Below, piece after piece: positions 61,182-64,000 of a DNA stretch of 64,000 nt (the first letter of the stretch is position 1; every line of letters begins with the position of its first letter). This stretch comes from a bacterium BMS3Bbin08 (GTDB lineage: Bacteria > Nitrospirota > Thermodesulfovibrionia > UBA6902 > BMS3Bbin08), in assembly GCA_002897775.1 (NCBI GenBank), contig BDTR01000030.1, positions 128,070-192,069 on the forward strand, in the 5' to 3' direction. The notes under the pieces were generated by a model that worked only from the letters and a program-made list of their open reading frames with translations, was not told the DNA's origin and did not search any database. The position numbers were made by a program, and so were the translations under genes.

Positions 61182-62069
61182 TTAAAGGTCACCTCCTTTA
61201 GACTCAAATCCTTTTTCTTTTAATATCTTTTTCATATATTCTCTTTCTTCGGGTATCTCTTTAAGGTTGTTCAGATATTCAAGAAAGTGTTCTTCTATCT
61301 GGTGCTCTCTTGTTATTTTGCCTGTCAGGAACGTCCACTGCAGAGGGAACCTGCCCGGCACAACGTGGACATTTGACCAGTGCCAGAAAACTATGACCGT
61401 AATGGCCATGATCGCCTCGTCAGCGTGCATTAACCTCGCGAGGTCCTGGAAAAAAGCGGGATTCGGCCAGATAGTTGCCATCATCTCGGGGAATAACAGG
61501 GTTATACCAGCGCTTATAAGCACAAACGTTCCCCATAAGATAGCAAGGTAATGGAGCTTCTGCTTGTACATGAATTTTTCCATTTTGGGACGGAACTGTT
61601 CACGTCCGAAAAAGTATTTTATATCATGAACCAGGTCGTGAAGGTCTTTGAGTCTTGGGATCTGGGTCTTTTTAATGTCAAACTGTTTTTTCATGACCTT
61701 GTGGAGAGTGCCGCCAATAATCGTGAGAAGATGGTATATGCTTGCCGCGACCATTACAGCAGCGGCCATTTTATGCACTAACCGCGCGTTGTCAGTGCCG
61801 CCAAAGAGAAATGTGATCTGACGCGCCCACCACAGGTCACTGAAATGAAGCGACAGGCCTGTTGCTGCCAGTATGAGAAAAGCCACAAAAGTCAGAAAGT
61901 GCTGGATCACTATATGTATCGAGTACCTCGGCAGGTCGCCCAGGGGATCGGACTTTACATGTTTATATATGTCCCGGGGAATGGCCCCGACACCTTCGAC
62001 ATGGGTATAATATGATTCAGCTGTTTCTTCATCACCCATGGTCTCGATATTTTCAGCAGAAGTAGACAT
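61182..62069 (-). CDS. diheme cytochrome b membrane subunit (FdnI/Cbc-like)
   Basis: 4 TM helices with His ligands (QH, VHK, MHADEA, WHW), KF.Y.QK..Y motif. Confidence 0.82.
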   Translation of the reverse strand: MSTSAENIETMGDEETAESYYTHVEGVGAIPRDIYKHVKSDPLGDLPRYSIHIVIQHFLTFVAFLILAATGLSLHFSDLWWARQITFLFGGTDNARLVHKMAAAVMVAASIYHLLTIIGGTLHKVMKKQFDIKKTQIPRLKDLHDLVHDIKYFFGREQFRPKMEKFMYKQKLHYLAILWGTFVLISAGITLLFPEMMATIWPNPAFFQDLARLMHADEAIMAITVIVFWHWSNVHVVPGRFPLQWTFLTGKITREHQIEEHFLEYLNNLKEIPEEREYMKKILKEKGFESKGGDL

Positions 62070-62086
62070 AATCCCTCCAATATTTA

Positions 62087-63166
62087 TTAATTTTTAGGCT
62101 CGCGTTTTGATTTCCCGCGCCATGTTGTGCCGCCTTTTATCTGCCACTTGATGCCGTCCCTCTTCCTGCCGATCGTTTCGATCAGCGCGAGGAACATCAG
62201 GCCGAAAATAGTGCTGTAAAGCGCTCCTCTTAAACCCAGGTTCATAAAAAACAAGATTGGCTTTTTATTATTGATACTGGAATGAACATCGATCTGGATA
62301 AACCTTTCATTAACCTTCCTATGACATTGTCGACAGATCTTGGCACGGTTAGCCGGGTTGATCGTGGCTTTTTGGTTGTCTTTTTTATAGATATCATGTA
62401 TCGCGCTTGTCGCATGGCAGCTTATACAGTCAGCGGTTTGCTGGGAACCAAGCGCCACTGCCTTGCCGTGAATTGATTCGTTATAGGTCTCGACCGCCTC
62501 CACGCTTTCTTTTGAGACATTGAATTTTTTCATCTTCTCCACATCTTCATGACAGTTCTTGGAGCATAATTGTACGATTTCCTGGGGTGAGCGTGAAGTT
62601 TTGTGAGCAAGCCTGTGAGTAACATGCTTATACGCCTGGGTAACGCCTTTTTTCTCATGGCAGTTAAAACATCTGGCCAGGGTTTTTTCATAAGAAATAC
62701 GCTTTTCGGAAACCCTCGTGTAGATAGGGTTCAGATGACAGTATTTACAATACGGCTTAGCCAGTTTCAGGTCAGGCGAGTCATTCTCTTTTATAGCGTG
62801 GACGCTCTTGTTATAAATATTTATGATCTTCCTGTGAGAAAAGTTCTCCTTCGCGAACGGCGGCTTGATGTGGCATTCGTTAGCGCAGCTTACCTCTTCG
62901 GTCACAGGGTCGTGCGGGAGCCTGGTGATATACGTGTGACAGTCCCTGCAGGGAACGTTCCTGTGGACGGTGTTCGCGTAGATATTTTCATTCACATTGT
63001 AATTCTTTTTTCTGCCCTGTTCGTCGATCCTTCCAAGCTGCCTGTACTTATGGCACATTAGGCAGTTTTCCTTGTCCGCGGCCTCTGCCCGGAAGCCAAA
63101 GGATAACACCATAAGCAACATCAGGAAGTATAAAGAAGGTTTTATGAAAATTTTTGATAACTTCAA
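62087..63166 (-). CDS. multiheme cytochrome c (6 CxxCH + 2 CxxxCH) with C-terminal TM anchor
   Basis: CLMCH, CRDCH, CANECH, CKYCH, CFNCH, CSKNCH, CISCH, CRQCH; YxxSxH motifs. Confidence 0.88.
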   Translation of the reverse strand: MKLSKIFIKPSLYFLMLLMVLSFGFRAEAADKENCLMCHKYRQLGRIDEQGRKKNYNVNENIYANTVHRNVPCRDCHTYITRLPHDPVTEEVSCANECHIKPPFAKENFSHRKIINIYNKSVHAIKENDSPDLKLAKPYCKYCHLNPIYTRVSEKRISYEKTLARCFNCHEKKGVTQAYKHVTHRLAHKTSRSPQEIVQLCSKNCHEDVEKMKKFNVSKESVEAVETYNESIHGKAVALGSQQTADCISCHATSAIHDIYKKDNQKATINPANRAKICRQCHRKVNERFIQIDVHSSINNKKPILFFMNLGLRGALYSTIFGLMFLALIETIGRKRDGIKWQIKGGTTWRGKSKREPKN

Positions 63167-63194
63167 ATCTTGCCCCTCCTTATTATATATTTAT

Positions 63195-64000
63195 CTATTT
63201 TTGATGACACGCCATGCACATTCGGCCCGGCAGACGAAGCCTGTATTTTTCATCGGCGCCTTTTGCCCCTTTCCGGGCGGCGGGTATCACGCCTTTTTCA
63301 TGGGGGTTATGACAGGTAACACAGGTGATCTTTCCATTATCAAGAGGAAGAACTATGTTGAACTGTTTCTCACCCTGTTTCATTACTTTTAAGGTCATGG
63401 CAGAGGGCTTGCGCAGGTGGTCCGCGTTTGCCGGGTGATCCCGCTCGCCATGACACCTCTGGCACAGTACCTCCAGGTTGCCGACAAGTTTCACATCCTT
63501 AAAGCGCGCGTGTTTTTCGTCAGGCTTTTCCACGTGACAGTACAGGCACTTTTCTACGACTATATCTCCGTTCTTGGTCAGCTGGTTATGAGGGTCAAGC
63601 ATCTTGTACTTGCGTTCATCATGGCACCTGAAACATAAGTCAGTCCTTTTTGCGAACGGAGCCCCCCTTAAAAACCTTTTATTCAGAACTTTTAAACGAT
63701 CTTTCCCCTCGCACTGCATAGAAATATCATGACATGTTAAACATGTGAGCTTTCCGTCTTCAAGAGGAAGGTCCTTGGGGATCACCTTCTTTTTTTCATC
63801 GGACGGCACAATGTTCACAGGATGGATATAGGTGCCCGGCGTATAGCCGTGGCACCTGCACAGCTGGGTGTAGTCACCTGCGAACTTCAAAAACTTCTTC
63901 CCGCCTTTTTTAGGGACCTTTTCATGACATTCCGGGCAGTACTTGCCCGTGTAATGCACATCAGTGGTTTCCGGCAAAGTCTCTACGGCTGTCACTGGTT
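63195..64000 (-). CDS. multiheme cytochrome c, 5' end probably outside window
   Basis: 7 CxxCH plus one CxCH (CRCH) in the visible part. Confidence 0.88.
   Translation of the reverse strand, partial: PVTAVETLPETTDVHYTGKYCPECHEKVPKKGGKKFLKFAGDYTQLCRCHGYTPGTYIHPVNIVPSDEKKKVIPKDLPLEDGKLTCLTCHDISMQCEGKDRLKVLNKRFLRGAPFAKRTDLCFRCHDERKYKMLDPHNQLTKNGDIVVEKCLYCHVEKPDEKHARFKDVKLVGNLEVLCQRCHGERDHPANADHLRKPSAMTLKVMKQGEKQFNIVLPLDNGKITCVTCHNPHEKGVIPAARKGAKGADEKYRLRLPGRMCMACHQK

Overview
Chromosomal window of an anaerobic bacterium. Gene content resembles Nitrospirota/Desulfobacterota; this is an inference, not a classification. 1-20 kb is housekeeping and signalling: M16 peptidase, pnp, rpsO, PPIase, mfd, rfaE2, deoB, cobO, tRNA-Gly(CCC), secA, a GGDEF cyclase, a PAS/GAF protein, an MglA-like GTPase, trpE/pabB-like, pyrF and dcd. 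20-36 kb is a defence island built around a complete type I-C CRISPR-Cas system (cas3-5-8c-7-[four-helix-bundle gene]-4-1-2; 16 repeats, 15 spacers). Toxin-antitoxin modules are stacked on both sides (2x MNT-HEPN, AbiEi plus an AbiEii-WYL-Zn-finger fusion, AbrB-VapC). The most unusual feature is that the accessory modules are bracketed by duplicated fragments: three cas3 5' ends upstream, two hsdM 5' ends around AbiE, and three CRISPR-repeat copies downstream. All three repeat copies are broken at the same base by a CCTG-type palindrome that also occurs elsewhere in the window. 36-41 kb is a TPP-riboswitch thiamine operon whose 'ThiH' carries HydG signatures. 41-56 kb is mixed genes, including tandem stand-alone MshEN-like proteins, rho, tupA and HicBA followed by a solitary integron attC site. 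56-64 kb is a multiheme cytochrome c / cytochrome b / NHL cluster with an 18-heme protein. Intergenic regions, and one CDS, carry families of tiny nested hairpin insertions, 7-9-nt periodic repeats and three copies of a ~110-125 bp structured element.
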